Positions 18,932 through 28,539 of a DNA stretch of 64,000 nt are shown piece by piece. Made by a program: the position numbers and the translations under genes. The notes under the pieces were generated by a model, which saw nothing but the letters and a program-made list of their open reading frames with translations, was not told the DNA's origin and made no database searches. Within the stretch, counting starts at the first letter, position 1; each line of letters starts with the position of its first letter. The DNA is from Candidatus Buchananbacteria bacterium (GTDB lineage Bacteria; Patescibacteriota; Patescibacteriia; Buchananbacterales; UBA6539). Where the stretch lies: positions 70,410-134,409 of the forward strand of contig JABWCG010000001.1 in NCBI GenBank assembly GCA_013359225.1. Direction: 5' to 3'.

Positions 18932-19495
18932 ATGAAATCCTCAAATTTCAAGGAAAAAGCCCTATTAATACGGATAAAAAAGAAGGACCCGCAGGCTTTT
19001 TCTGAAGTGTATGATTTGTACGTTACACCTATATATAGGTTTATTTATTTTAAGGTCGCAACCAAACAGGATGCTGAAGATTTGACCTCGGAAGTTTTTC
19101 TGAAGATCTGGCAATATGTAACCGAAACGGAAGAAGAAATCCAAAATCTGCGCGCACTATTGTACCGCACTGCCAGAAATTTGGTTATTGATTTTTATCG
19201 CCGCAATGCCAAACGGGACTTAACGCAGGATTTGGAAGTGCTGGAAACAATAAAAGATGAACGACAGCAAAGCCTCCTGACGCAGATTGATACGGCGTTT
19301 GACATGAAAAATATTGAAAGCATTTTGCGGCAGCTTAAAGATGAATATCGTGAAGTAATCATTTTACGTTTCATCGAAGAATTATCAATTACTGAAATTG
19401 CAAAAGTTTTAGAAAAATCAAAGGGTTCAGTTAGAGTGCTATTGCACCGGGCGCTAAAAGTCGCCAGAGAACTCCTCAACGAAGATGGAAAATAA
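18932..19495 (+). CDS. RNA polymerase ECF sigma factor
   Basis: DAEDLTSEVFLK, LYRTARNLVIDFYR (region 2); LSITEIAKVLEKSKGSVRVLLHRA (region 4). Confidence 0.95.
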   Translation: MKSSNFKEKALLIRIKKKDPQAFSEVYDLYVTPIYRFIYFKVATKQDAEDLTSEVFLKIWQYVTETEEEIQNLRALLYRTARNLVIDFYRRNAKRDLTQDLEVLETIKDERQQSLLTQIDTAFDMKNIESILRQLKDEYREVIILRFIEELSITEIAKVLEKSKGSVRVLLHRALKVARELLNEDGK

Positions 19496-20372
19496 CGTTA
19501 TTAACGAAATTAAAAATTTAAAACAACAAGTTGTTCCCCGAGCCGAATGGGTGAGTTCGACGCGGGATTTTTTGTTGCAGCAAATTGCAACTGATGCCGC
19601 TTCAGAAAAAGTTTCAGTTGGTATGACGGGATATTGGTCAATTTTTAACCAGACGTTTCGTCAGCGAATGTTTGAGCCGGCGCTGGTAATGATGTTGTTG
19701 TTAGTTTCTTTTGTTGGCAGCAGCCTGACAATCAATGCCGCTTTTTACAGTCTGCCGGGAGATAGTCTCTATAAAGTAAAATTAGCTTTAGAGCAAACGC
19801 ACGTGGCATTGGTGACTGACGAAGAAAAGAAAGTGGAGCTTAAGATGGAATTTGCTCAGAAGCGCGCAGTGGAATTTGATAAGATTGTTGCTCAGTCAGA
19901 TGTGTCCCCGGAAGCCAAGAAGAAAAAGATTGAAGAGGTGGTCAAGGAATTCAAAAATAATGTTGCTGAAGTAAATACTCATTTATCAAAAATTAACCAA
20001 GAAGCCCCAGAAGCGGATCGCAGTTTGAATGTTAAGATGGCATTAACGATTAGTGAAAAGACCGAAGAACTGGCGAAGAATATTGATAAGACCACTAGTA
20101 ACTTAGGTGAAGTTGATAAGAAAGAATTAGAAGGAATTTTAGCTGAGGCTGTACAGTCAGTTCAGGATGTTGGTTTGGCGGCTCAGCAACTAATTAATGA
20201 TGCGCAAATCCCAGCAGGAGATCAGGAAACCGGAGAAGTGCAGGGTGCAACTAACGATGCTGCTGAAACGCCTGAGACAGGGGATGCTAATAATACCGTT
20301 CAAGATGAAACAAAAACCGACGGCGCTACCGTCGAGGAGGTGGTTGAGCAAGTTGAGCCGGCAGGTAATTAA
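19485..20372 (+). CDS. DUF5667-type membrane protein, probable anti-sigma factor
   Basis: Overlaps the sigma gene; one TM helix, then SLPGDSLYKVKLALE motif, coiled coil and acidic tail. Confidence 0.75.
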   Translation: MENNVINEIKNLKQQVVPRAEWVSSTRDFLLQQIATDAASEKVSVGMTGYWSIFNQTFRQRMFEPALVMMLLLVSFVGSSLTINAAFYSLPGDSLYKVKLALEQTHVALVTDEEKKVELKMEFAQKRAVEFDKIVAQSDVSPEAKKKKIEEVVKEFKNNVAEVNTHLSKINQEAPEADRSLNVKMALTISEKTEELAKNIDKTTSNLGEVDKKELEGILAEAVQSVQDVGLAAQQLINDAQIPAGDQETGEVQGATNDAAETPETGDANNTVQDETKTDGATVEEVVEQVEPAGN

Positions 20373-20413
20373 TTTAGAAAACCCGGCCATTAATGGCTCG
20401 AGTTTTAAATAAA

Positions 20414-20610
20414 GTTCTTAATAATTTTTGGAGCAATTAGGGTCTAATCTCCCCTTGGACTGTTAAAGTAAAGGTCGGTTCGAGCTATTCGAAACTTTAA
20501 TGGACTAAGGATTCTGGAGTTAGATGGCCCCTTAAATAAGGGTCCGTATGATGTTATTAGGTTCGCCTAGGCGTAATATCATCTAAGCCTAACCGAGAAT
20601 ATTTAAGAGC
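20414..20610 (+). ncRNA. Structured multi-branch 5' leader of the S-layer-like gene
   Basis: Nested complementary segments with G-U pairs and a UUCG-capped hairpin (see findings). Confidence 0.6.
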
Positions 20611-20631
20611 TTAAGAAAGGAATAATTTAAC

Positions 20632-23600
20632 ATGATTAAAAGACTATTGACCTACGCTGTTGTTATTACAACCGTTGTCTGGTCAGTTGGTTTACTAGCC
20701 ACTCCGATTGCAGTTGGTGCTGCTGTCAGCGGTGACTTGATCAAGCTCCAGTGTGCTGCTGGTGCTGACGTCAACGATCCTTGCCGTGCAGTCTACTACT
20801 TGGGTGCTGATGGTAAGCGATATGTCTTCCCAAATGAGAAGACCTACAAAACCTGGTACTCAGACTTCAGCGGCGTTCAGACCGTTTCACAAACCGAAAT
20901 GAGTTCATACCCAATCGGTGGAAACGTTACGTACCGCCCAGGTGTCAAGCTAGTAAAAATTACTACTGATCCAAAAGTATATGCAGTCGGTTCCAATGGC
21001 ACCCTTCACTGGGTAACCACTGGCGAAATCGCCGAGGCTCTTTACGGAGCTACTTGGGCCACGATGGTCGAAGACGTTCCTGATGCCTTCTTCGTCAACT
21101 ACACTGTTGGTAGCGACATTAATGCTGCTGCTGACTACAACAAGCAGACTGAGATGGACAATGCTGCGACAATCAATGATGACAAGAACCTCGGTGGCGG
21201 CGCTTCAACTGGAACCAGCTTGAACGTTGCTTTGGCTTCTGACACCCCAGCTACCGGTTTAATTGTTGGTAATTCAATCAACAACAAATTCACCAAAGTG
21301 AATTTGACCGCTTCAGCTGACGGTGACATGGTCATTGACCAGCTCGTCGTCCGACGCGGTGGCACCATTGCTGCTGACAGTGCGTTCTCATCAATTGCTA
21401 TTATTGATGCTGCCACTGGCGCCAGAATTGGTAACACCAAAACCTTGAATTCACAGCATATGGCTGTCTTCAATGAAGACATCACCGTAGCCGCTGGTAC
21501 CACCAAGTCAATCTACTTGGCCGGTAACATGGCTGCTAGCCTAGCTACTAACGCTGGTGAAATCCCAACCCTCGACTTGTACTCAGTTACTTTGTCAGGT
21601 GGTGGCGCCGTTATCGGCAGCTTGCCAATCGTTGGTAATTACCAGACTTTGAACGGTACTATCACTATTGGTGCTTTGTCAGTTTCTGACGGCTCCAACA
21701 ACCCGGATGCTTCAACCCAGAAGATTGGTACAACTAACTACCTAGTTTCAGGTTTCAAGTTGGTTGCCAACTCAGTTGAAGACTTCCACGTCACTTCAAT
21801 CACCTTTGACCAGGGTGGTACTGCTGCAGACGATGACGTTAGCAACCTCGATCTTATCATCGACGACACTATCGTTAAGACTGTCGCTGCTCCATCAAAC
21901 GGCAAAGTGATGTTTGACTTGTCAGCCAGCCCAGTGTTGGTTGAAAAGGGTAAGACTGTTCAAGTCGACCTACAACTTGACATCGCCGACGGTTCAAGCC
22001 GAACTATTCGCTTTGACATTGAAGACGAGTCAGACATTGTAGCTCGCGGACAGCTTTACGGTGCAGAAGTTAAGGTATCTGACGGTGGCGCAGGTGCTGC
22101 ATCAGATGCTACCCCATTCTGGACTGCTCCAGTGACCACTGTTGATACTGGTTCTCTAAGAATTGGTGCTGCTACTTTGAGCGCTGCCAATATCCCAGAG
22201 GATTCAGATCAGGTTGTTTTGGGTAAGTTCGAATTCGAAGCTAAGGGTGAACCAGTTGAAATTTCTTCATTGCCGATTGGCTTTAGAATTGCTACTTCAA
22301 CAGGAAGTTTGGCAACTGACAGTGGAGTTGATTTGACCAACATCACTGTTTATGATGCGAACGGCGCGATTGTCGCTGGTCCATCTGACCCGACTTACAA
22401 GATTCACACCTCGGATTCCACCGCATTATTGCAAGTAACTTCAACCGACACCTTCACTGTTCCAACCGGTCTACACATTTACACCATTAAAGGTGACGTT
22501 GACTCAGACTTTGGCACCAACGACACAATCGTTGCCCATATTAAGCCAGGTCAGGTTACTGCTAAGGGTGAAACAACCGGTTTGACTGTGACCCCAACTC
22601 CAACCACCAGTGAATTGACCTCAGCTACCATGACTGTTCAGTCAGCCCAGTTAGCTGTTTCCGTTTCTTCATTGCCGGTTGCTCAGAGTGTGGTTGCTGG
22701 TACTAAAGGCTTCACCTTTGCCAACGTGGTCTTAGGTGCTGAATCTTCAGGAGAAGACATTAAAGTTACTTCTCTTAAGGTTCAGGTTGATTGTCTAGCT
22801 ACCTGCAGTCCTTCCCAGACTTCAAACTGGAGTCTCTACGATGGTGCGACCAAGTTGTCAGTCACCAACGATCCAGACTCACAGGTTGGAACCAAGACGA
22901 CTGCTGCTGATGATGCTACTTCAACCTTCAACCTCACCACTCCGTTGGTGATTGCGAAGGGTACTTCAAAGACTTTGACCGTCAAGGCTGATCTCAGCAC
23001 TGACGCCACTTCCGGCACAATCACTGTCGGTATTGAAGACACCACCAGCTCAACCATTACTGCTAAAGGTAACAACAGCGGTTTGGATGCTGCCTTAACT
23101 GTCAGCGTTTCAGACGGTCAGACAATGACCTTGAACTCAGGCGGTGCTTTGACCATCACCCGAGACACTACGTCTCCAAAAGATGGCCTATTGCCTGCTA
23201 ACTCCGAAGGTTTGACCTTCGCTGTGTTCAGCGCTGTTGCCCAGTACGAAGATGTAAATATTGAGAAGCTATACCTCACTGCAGTTCAGGCTAACAGCGG
23301 CGGTCTAGACCAGATCAATAAGGTTTACATCTACAACGGCAGCACCAAGTTGGCTGAAGTTACTCCAACTTCAACTGACGGTACTGACCGAACTGTCTTG
23401 ATCGATGTCACCAACAACCCAATCGTTGTTGCCAAGGACACTAGCGTTAAGTTGACCATCAAGGTTGACACCGCTAACTCCAACTACGAAGTCGGTTCAA
23501 AGGGTGCTTCTGGTCAGGGTCTATGGTTGAAGATTGCTTCCGCTGCTGATGTCACCGCTAAGGGTGCTCAGTCCGGAACAACTTTGGCCACAGCTGCGAA

Positions 23601-24354
23601 GACCATTAACAATGCTTCGTCAACTGCTCAGTACTTGTTCCGATCCGTCCCGACTCTTGCCACCAACGACTTATTGTCAAGTGGTAAGGTCTCAGGCGGT
23701 ACCTTAACTGCTGGTACTGAAGCTTCAAAGAGTTTGTACGCCTTCTCGGTGACTGCAGACTCAAAGGGTGACATTGCTTTGCATCGTGTCAACTTCAACA
23801 TTTCAACCAACGTCGCTACCATCACTAACATGATGATTACCGACGGTACTGAAAATGTTGCATACCAGTTGTCAGCCGGTTCAAGCTTTATCGGCACCAA
23901 CGATGCTGGCACTGATTCCTGGACTGGAGAAGCTCCGTTCTTCTTCGTCAACAATCAGACCGCCCCATCAGCGTACACCGGAACGAACGTTGTTCCTTAC
24001 GTCATTCCTGCCGGTACCACCAAGACCTTCACCCTTAAAGGTGATGTCCAGTGTGCCGCAGTTGGCGGAAGCGACTGTTCAACTTCAAGTGGAAGCGGAT
24101 CACTTAGTATCCAGATGCTCGGCGATACCTCATTGCTAGGTACCGTCCCAACTGGTGCTACTGCTCTTGCTGCCTCTGATGCTAAATTGGGTGACGCTGC
24201 ATTCGTCTGGTCAGATCTATGGCGAACCAGCATCCAGGGTATTTCATCAACAACCGCTTCAACCACCGAACAGTGGTCAAACGGTGCCTACGTTGCTTTG
24301 AGCAATGGCGGTAAGATGATTGCCACCTCTTCAGCTGTTACCTTCAGCCGCTAA
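20632..24354 (+). CDS. Large secreted S-layer-like surface protein (1240 aa)
   Basis: Signal peptide; YYLGADGKRYVFPNEKTYKTWY N-terminal domain; Thr/Ser/Ala/Val-rich beta-sandwich repeats; AAAGGA SD; skewed codon use (many AAC/TTC/GAC/GCT). Confidence 0.8.
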   Translation: MIKRLLTYAVVITTVVWSVGLLATPIAVGAAVSGDLIKLQCAAGADVNDPCRAVYYLGADGKRYVFPNEKTYKTWYSDFSGVQTVSQTEMSSYPIGGNVTYRPGVKLVKITTDPKVYAVGSNGTLHWVTTGEIAEALYGATWATMVEDVPDAFFVNYTVGSDINAAADYNKQTEMDNAATINDDKNLGGGASTGTSLNVALASDTPATGLIVGNSINNKFTKVNLTASADGDMVIDQLVVRRGGTIAADSAFSSIAIIDAATGARIGNTKTLNSQHMAVFNEDITVAAGTTKSIYLAGNMAASLATNAGEIPTLDLYSVTLSGGGAVIGSLPIVGNYQTLNGTITIGALSVSDGSNNPDASTQKIGTTNYLVSGFKLVANSVEDFHVTSITFDQGGTAADDDVSNLDLIIDDTIVKTVAAPSNGKVMFDLSASPVLVEKGKTVQVDLQLDIADGSSRTIRFDIEDESDIVARGQLYGAEVKVSDGGAGAASDATPFWTAPVTTVDTGSLRIGAATLSAANIPEDSDQVVLGKFEFEAKGEPVEISSLPIGFRIATSTGSLATDSGVDLTNITVYDANGAIVAGPSDPTYKIHTSDSTALLQVTSTDTFTVPTGLHIYTIKGDVDSDFGTNDTIVAHIKPGQVTAKGETTGLTVTPTPTTSELTSATMTVQSAQLAVSVSSLPVAQSVVAGTKGFTFANVVLGAESSGEDIKVTSLKVQVDCLATCSPSQTSNWSLYDGATKLSVTNDPDSQVGTKTTAADDATSTFNLTTPLVIAKGTSKTLTVKADLSTDATSGTITVGIEDTTSSTITAKGNNSGLDAALTVSVSDGQTMTLNSGGALTITRDTTSPKDGLLPANSEGLTFAVFSAVAQYEDVNIEKLYLTAVQANSGGLDQINKVYIYNGSTKLAEVTPTSTDGTDRTVLIDVTNNPIVVAKDTSVKLTIKVDTANSNYEVGSKGASGQGLWLKIASAADVTAKGAQSGTTLATAAKTINNASSTAQYLFRSVPTLATNDLLSSGKVSGGTLTAGTEASKSLYAFSVTADSKGDIALHRVNFNISTNVATITNMMITDGTENVAYQLSAGSSFIGTNDAGTDSWTGEAPFFFVNNQTAPSAYTGTNVVPYVIPAGTTKTFTLKGDVQCAAVGGSDCSTSSGSGSLSIQMLGDTSLLGTVPTGATALAASDAKLGDAAFVWSDLWRTSIQGISSTTASTTEQWSNGAYVALSNGGKMIATSSAVTFSR

Positions 24355-24385
24355 TAGCGAAGCGAGAAGACTAACTAGTCTGTAA

Positions 24386-24422
24386 CCTAAAAAGTCCCCT
24401 GCGAAAGTGGGGGACTTTTAGG
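24386..24422 (+). terminator. Intrinsic terminator of the S-layer-like gene
   Basis: AAAAGTCCCCTGC-GAAA-GTGGGGGACTTTT. Confidence 0.85.
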
Positions 24423-24464
24423 TTTGATTATTTCTGATTTTTTTGCTAAATTTAACTTATATTT

Positions 24465-26168
24465 ATGTTGAAATCGCTTTTAAAAATTAAATATCTTTTG
24501 CCAGCTATAGTCTTTGTGATAGCGGCGATTTTAATTTTTGGCGGCCTCACGCGAGCTGACGTTCAGCATGATGATGCAACGTATTCTTTCCGTTCGCTGG
24601 GCTATTTGGATTTTATGAATTCGCAGTTGCAAACCACGCCGTTACAGTGGTTTGAAACCGTTCCGACTTGGTCAAAACTGTCATTTCATGACCATCCACC
24701 ATTAACCTTTGCCCTGCAACATGTTTCTTTCAAGTTGTTTGGCCCGTCGCTGTTTGCGTCGCGCTTGCCTTCTGCGCTGGCCGGAGTGTTTTCGGTTGTT
24801 CTGTTATTTCTTATTGCTAAAAAACAGTATGATTTTAAAACGGCAGCTTTGGCCAGCGCTTTGTTGGGAGTACTAGCAATTCATTCCTGGATGAGTCAGA
24901 TTTCTTATTTAGAACCAGTTGCCGTTTTTCTGATTTTACTGACAGTATATTTATTTATCCTTGCTTTAGAAAAAGAAATATGGTGGCTTGGCTTTGGCGC
25001 CAGTTTGGGTTTAACGCTTTTAACTAAATACACAGTATTATTCATCATTCCGGCGCTGGCAATATATCTTTTATTGTATCACCGTAAAATATTTTTTAAT
25101 AAGTATTTTATTGTTTCTATGGTGTTGGCAGTTCTGATTTTTTCGCCGGTGGTGTACTACAATATCAAAATGTATCAAGCTCGCGGACACTTTGATTTGC
25201 AGCTTTCAGTGTTATTAAATCAGGATCGTTCTGATTGGCCGGGCATATCGCGCAACAGTGCCGGTGTTAATTTTCTTAACAACCTGACGACAATTTTTAA
25301 AGATTTATTTGCTGTTATCTCTTTACCAATGTATTTGATGCTTTGCTTTTTAACAATATATGGCGCCATTATGAGCTTTATTGAGCGTCAAAAAAACAAA
25401 ACCAATTTTATTTTTTTGCTGTTGTTGCTATTTGTAACAATTTTAATTGCCGTCACCGGCGCTGTTGTCCGATTCGATTATCTGCTGCTACCCTTTGTGG
25501 TGGTTATTGCTAGTTGGGCATCGTTTGATATTTATCAGCGTTATATCGCATCTCGGCCTGACCGGAAAGGACGAACGATTATTATCTTGCTGGCTTTGGG
25601 TGCAGTAATAGTATTTGAACTGTTTTACAACATTAATACTAATCTGCTCGCCATACCGCTTGGTGAGCGGGGTAGAGCATACTCGGAATACCGCTGGGAA
25701 AACGGCGGATTTAATGAGTTGGAAGAATATTTGATTAGTCAGGGTCTACATTTTGAAATCACCAATCACGTCGATTCTTTGAGCGACACGATGTTTCAGG
25801 CTGATCAGTTGTCCGGGCAAAAGGTTTTTGTCTATGATCCAAACTTGAATTGGTTTTCAACAATGTGGTATTTTTCAAAGTGGTCGGTGTACAATAGAGA
25901 GTTTTTTATTTCGGCAGCGGATTTGATGCGTATCTTGCCGAACACTAATTGGTTTGATTTCTTTAAGGAGCAGGGAGCTGAAACTATCTATTATATTCGG
26001 GGGGCAAATAAGGTTGTATTCGGCCCGGGTGAAGTAGAGGCGGTGAATCAGCAGTCGGCCAGCGCCTTGGAAAATATTTTTATTTCTTCTGGGGCCAAGG
26101 CGGATTTAGTCCGTAATGCAAATGATGATTTAGCTTTTAAAGTTTATAAAATTAATTTACAAGAGTAA
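24465..26168 (+). CDS. ArnT/PMT-family GT-C glycosyltransferase, paralog 1
   Basis: HDDATY, FHDHPPL, ASRLPSA, LLTKYT; many TM helices. Confidence 0.85.
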   Translation: MLKSLLKIKYLLPAIVFVIAAILIFGGLTRADVQHDDATYSFRSLGYLDFMNSQLQTTPLQWFETVPTWSKLSFHDHPPLTFALQHVSFKLFGPSLFASRLPSALAGVFSVVLLFLIAKKQYDFKTAALASALLGVLAIHSWMSQISYLEPVAVFLILLTVYLFILALEKEIWWLGFGASLGLTLLTKYTVLFIIPALAIYLLLYHRKIFFNKYFIVSMVLAVLIFSPVVYYNIKMYQARGHFDLQLSVLLNQDRSDWPGISRNSAGVNFLNNLTTIFKDLFAVISLPMYLMLCFLTIYGAIMSFIERQKNKTNFIFLLLLLFVTILIAVTGAVVRFDYLLLPFVVVIASWASFDIYQRYIASRPDRKGRTIIILLALGAVIVFELFYNINTNLLAIPLGERGRAYSEYRWENGGFNELEEYLISQGLHFEITNHVDSLSDTMFQADQLSGQKVFVYDPNLNWFSTMWYFSKWSVYNREFFISAADLMRILPNTNWFDFFKEQGAETIYYIRGANKVVFGPGEVEAVNQQSASALENIFISSGAKADLVRNANDDLAFKVYKINLQE

Positions 26169-26169
26169 T

Positions 26170-26865
26170 ATGAAATTAAAATTAGCAAACAGTATTGGAG
26201 GGGCTTTGGTATTAATTGCCGTTATTGCCATTGGTGCATACTATTTTTTACCAAAAGATTTTTTGAAATTTACCGATTCGGCCAAAAACTATTTTGAATT
26301 AACTGTTTTGCGAGACGATTTGTCAGCTGAAGACTTGGCAAAGTATCAAGAACAATTTGATTTGGTGGTGGCCCAAATTCAGAGTAATCAGGATTATGTC
26401 GATCCGTGGTTTGATTTGGCTAGAATTAAAAAGTATGTGGGCGATTACCGCGGGTCTGAAGCCGCTTTAATTAAGGCGGGCGAAATTAGGCCAAATAACA
26501 GCACTTCTTTTACTAATTTGGCTGATTTGTATGCTAATTTCCTTGGGGAATATGATAAGGCCGAAATCGCTTACCAGACCGCCATTGCGAACTCTTTGGG
26601 AGAATGGGGTAACGATAAATTGTACCGTGAGTATGCTTATTTTGTGGAAAACCATCTCAAAGACCCTGCTCGGGCAACCTCAATTTTAGTTGACGGTTTA
26701 GAGGATAATCCTCAAAGTATTGATTTGATGACGGTATTAGCAGATCTTTATAAGCGTCAGGGTGACGTTGATAACGCGCTCAAGTATTATCGTGAGGCTT
26801 TGAAGATTGACCCAGAAGATGACGCGATTCGCCAAGAAATTAGCAATCTGCAAAACGCAAAGTAA
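26170..26865 (+). CDS. Membrane-anchored TPR protein
   Basis: N-terminal TM helix; TPR-like helices (LADLYKRQGDVDNALKYYREALKIDP). Confidence 0.85.
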   Translation: MKLKLANSIGGALVLIAVIAIGAYYFLPKDFLKFTDSAKNYFELTVLRDDLSAEDLAKYQEQFDLVVAQIQSNQDYVDPWFDLARIKKYVGDYRGSEAALIKAGEIRPNNSTSFTNLADLYANFLGEYDKAEIAYQTAIANSLGEWGNDKLYREYAYFVENHLKDPARATSILVDGLEDNPQSIDLMTVLADLYKRQGDVDNALKYYREALKIDPEDDAIRQEISNLQNAK

Positions 26866-26877
26866 GATATTTATTTC

Positions 26878-28539
26878 ATGAATAAAAAATTATTCAGCTA
26901 CTTACTGCTTGGCTTAATAATTTTTACCGCTGGTTTTTTACGTTTTTATCAGTTGGATCATTCTGATGTTATTAATGATGAAGCGATTATTGGTTTTCGC
27001 TCAATCGGGTATATTGATTTTTTCTCGTCGCCATATCAGACCACTCCTTGGGAGTGGTTTTCTGATGTCCCGGCCTGGGCGAGACTGTCATTTCATGATC
27101 ATCCGCCTTTAACGTTTGTGTTGCAGCACATTTCGTTTAAGCTGTTTGGACAAAACCTCTTTGCTTTGCGCTTGCCGTTTGCCCTGGCTGGTGTTGCTTC
27201 TGTTGTGTTGCTTTATCTGATCGCCAAAAATTTGTACGGCAAAAAGTCGGGCATCATTGCCGCCTTATTGCTAGCCGTTAGCAGCTACCACGTATGGGTA
27301 AGCCGAACCGGACTGCAGGAGGCGTTAGTTATTTTCTTTATCTTGTTAACGTTGTTCTTATTTTTGAAAGCTTTGGAAAATGGCCAACATTGGTGGTGGG
27401 GGATTAGTTTAGGGCTTGCGATGCTGACTAAATACACGACATTCATTTTGCCGCTGGGTTTTATTTGTTATTTATTTTTTTTCAAGCGGTCAGTTCTAGT
27501 TAATAAAAAATTTTGGCTGGCAATTTGTTTAGCGGCTTTAATTTTTAGCCCGGTCATTTTTTACAATATAAAAATGTACCAAACAGTTGGGCATTTTGAT
27601 TTGCAATTTTCGTATTTGTTTGGTCAGCAAGTTGCGGAGTGGCAGTCGTTACCTGGCAAAGAACAAATGGGAGATTTTATTGACCGCTTAAAAAATATCA
27701 TACCCGCGATCTACCAGGGATTCTTGTGGCCGATGTTTTTTATGCTGATTGCATCGTTTGGATTTTTAGGATTAAAGATTTTTAAATCAAGAGTTGATAA
27801 CGACGCTAAAAAAAATTGGTTGCCGGTTATTGCGATTATTTTCTATCTTTTATTCTTCTTATTAATTGGCCCGTCGAAAAGATTTGTGGTTATCTTGGTT
27901 CCTTTTGTTATTTTATTAATCGCTTGGTTTATCGGCAGTTTGCCACGAGCCGCAAGAATTATTTTATTGATAATTTTAATCCCGCTTGAAATATTTTTCA
28001 GTTGCAATACTTTATTGGCATATAACCCGATTGGTACAAGAGGCTTAACGTATTCTTATTTAGATATTGAAAATTATAATTGGGGGTATAATCAGCTTGA
28101 TTCGTACTTATCAAATATTTTGGCTGATAAAAAACCAGCATTTAGCCTGGAAACCAAGTATCCATTTTTAGAAACTATTCGTAAAAAATCGCTTAATGAA
28201 GCTAAAAATAAGTCGGAATTAGCGGCGTTAATTGTTTATGATCCAAATTTTTATGACCTTGCGACTTTTTGGACTTTTCATCGAAGATTAGTATATGCGT
28301 CTTGGCCAATTGTCAGCGCTGACGTGTATCTGCAGCAAGGAAAAGATTTTTGGCAATCCCAGGGGATTAGTGACGTTTATTTTTTCAAGATCAAAGACCC
28401 GCTGATTTTAAGCCAGTCAGTTACCGTTTTTTCCACCGCCGCTGAGGAGCTGGCGAATAGTTTTGATAGTATCCAGCCGGATATTATAAAGCGGCCTGAC
28501 GGCCGCGAGGTTTTTGAGGTGTACCACTGGCAATTTTAA
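26878..28539 (+). CDS. ArnT/PMT-family GT-C glycosyltransferase, paralog 2
   Basis: NDEA, FHDHPPL, ALRLPFA, MLTKYT; clearly similar to 24465..26168. Confidence 0.85.
   Translation: MNKKLFSYLLLGLIIFTAGFLRFYQLDHSDVINDEAIIGFRSIGYIDFFSSPYQTTPWEWFSDVPAWARLSFHDHPPLTFVLQHISFKLFGQNLFALRLPFALAGVASVVLLYLIAKNLYGKKSGIIAALLLAVSSYHVWVSRTGLQEALVIFFILLTLFLFLKALENGQHWWWGISLGLAMLTKYTTFILPLGFICYLFFFKRSVLVNKKFWLAICLAALIFSPVIFYNIKMYQTVGHFDLQFSYLFGQQVAEWQSLPGKEQMGDFIDRLKNIIPAIYQGFLWPMFFMLIASFGFLGLKIFKSRVDNDAKKNWLPVIAIIFYLLFFLLIGPSKRFVVILVPFVILLIAWFIGSLPRAARIILLIILIPLEIFFSCNTLLAYNPIGTRGLTYSYLDIENYNWGYNQLDSYLSNILADKKPAFSLETKYPFLETIRKKSLNEAKNKSELAALIVYDPNFYDLATFWTFHRRLVYASWPIVSADVYLQQGKDFWQSQGISDVYFFKIKDPLILSQSVTVFSTAAEELANSFDSIQPDIIKRPDGREVFEVYHWQF

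Noticed and set aside
21135-24266. Antisense and alternate-frame ORFs inside the S-layer-like gene
   Set aside because: Explained by strong codon bias; no independent start signals seen
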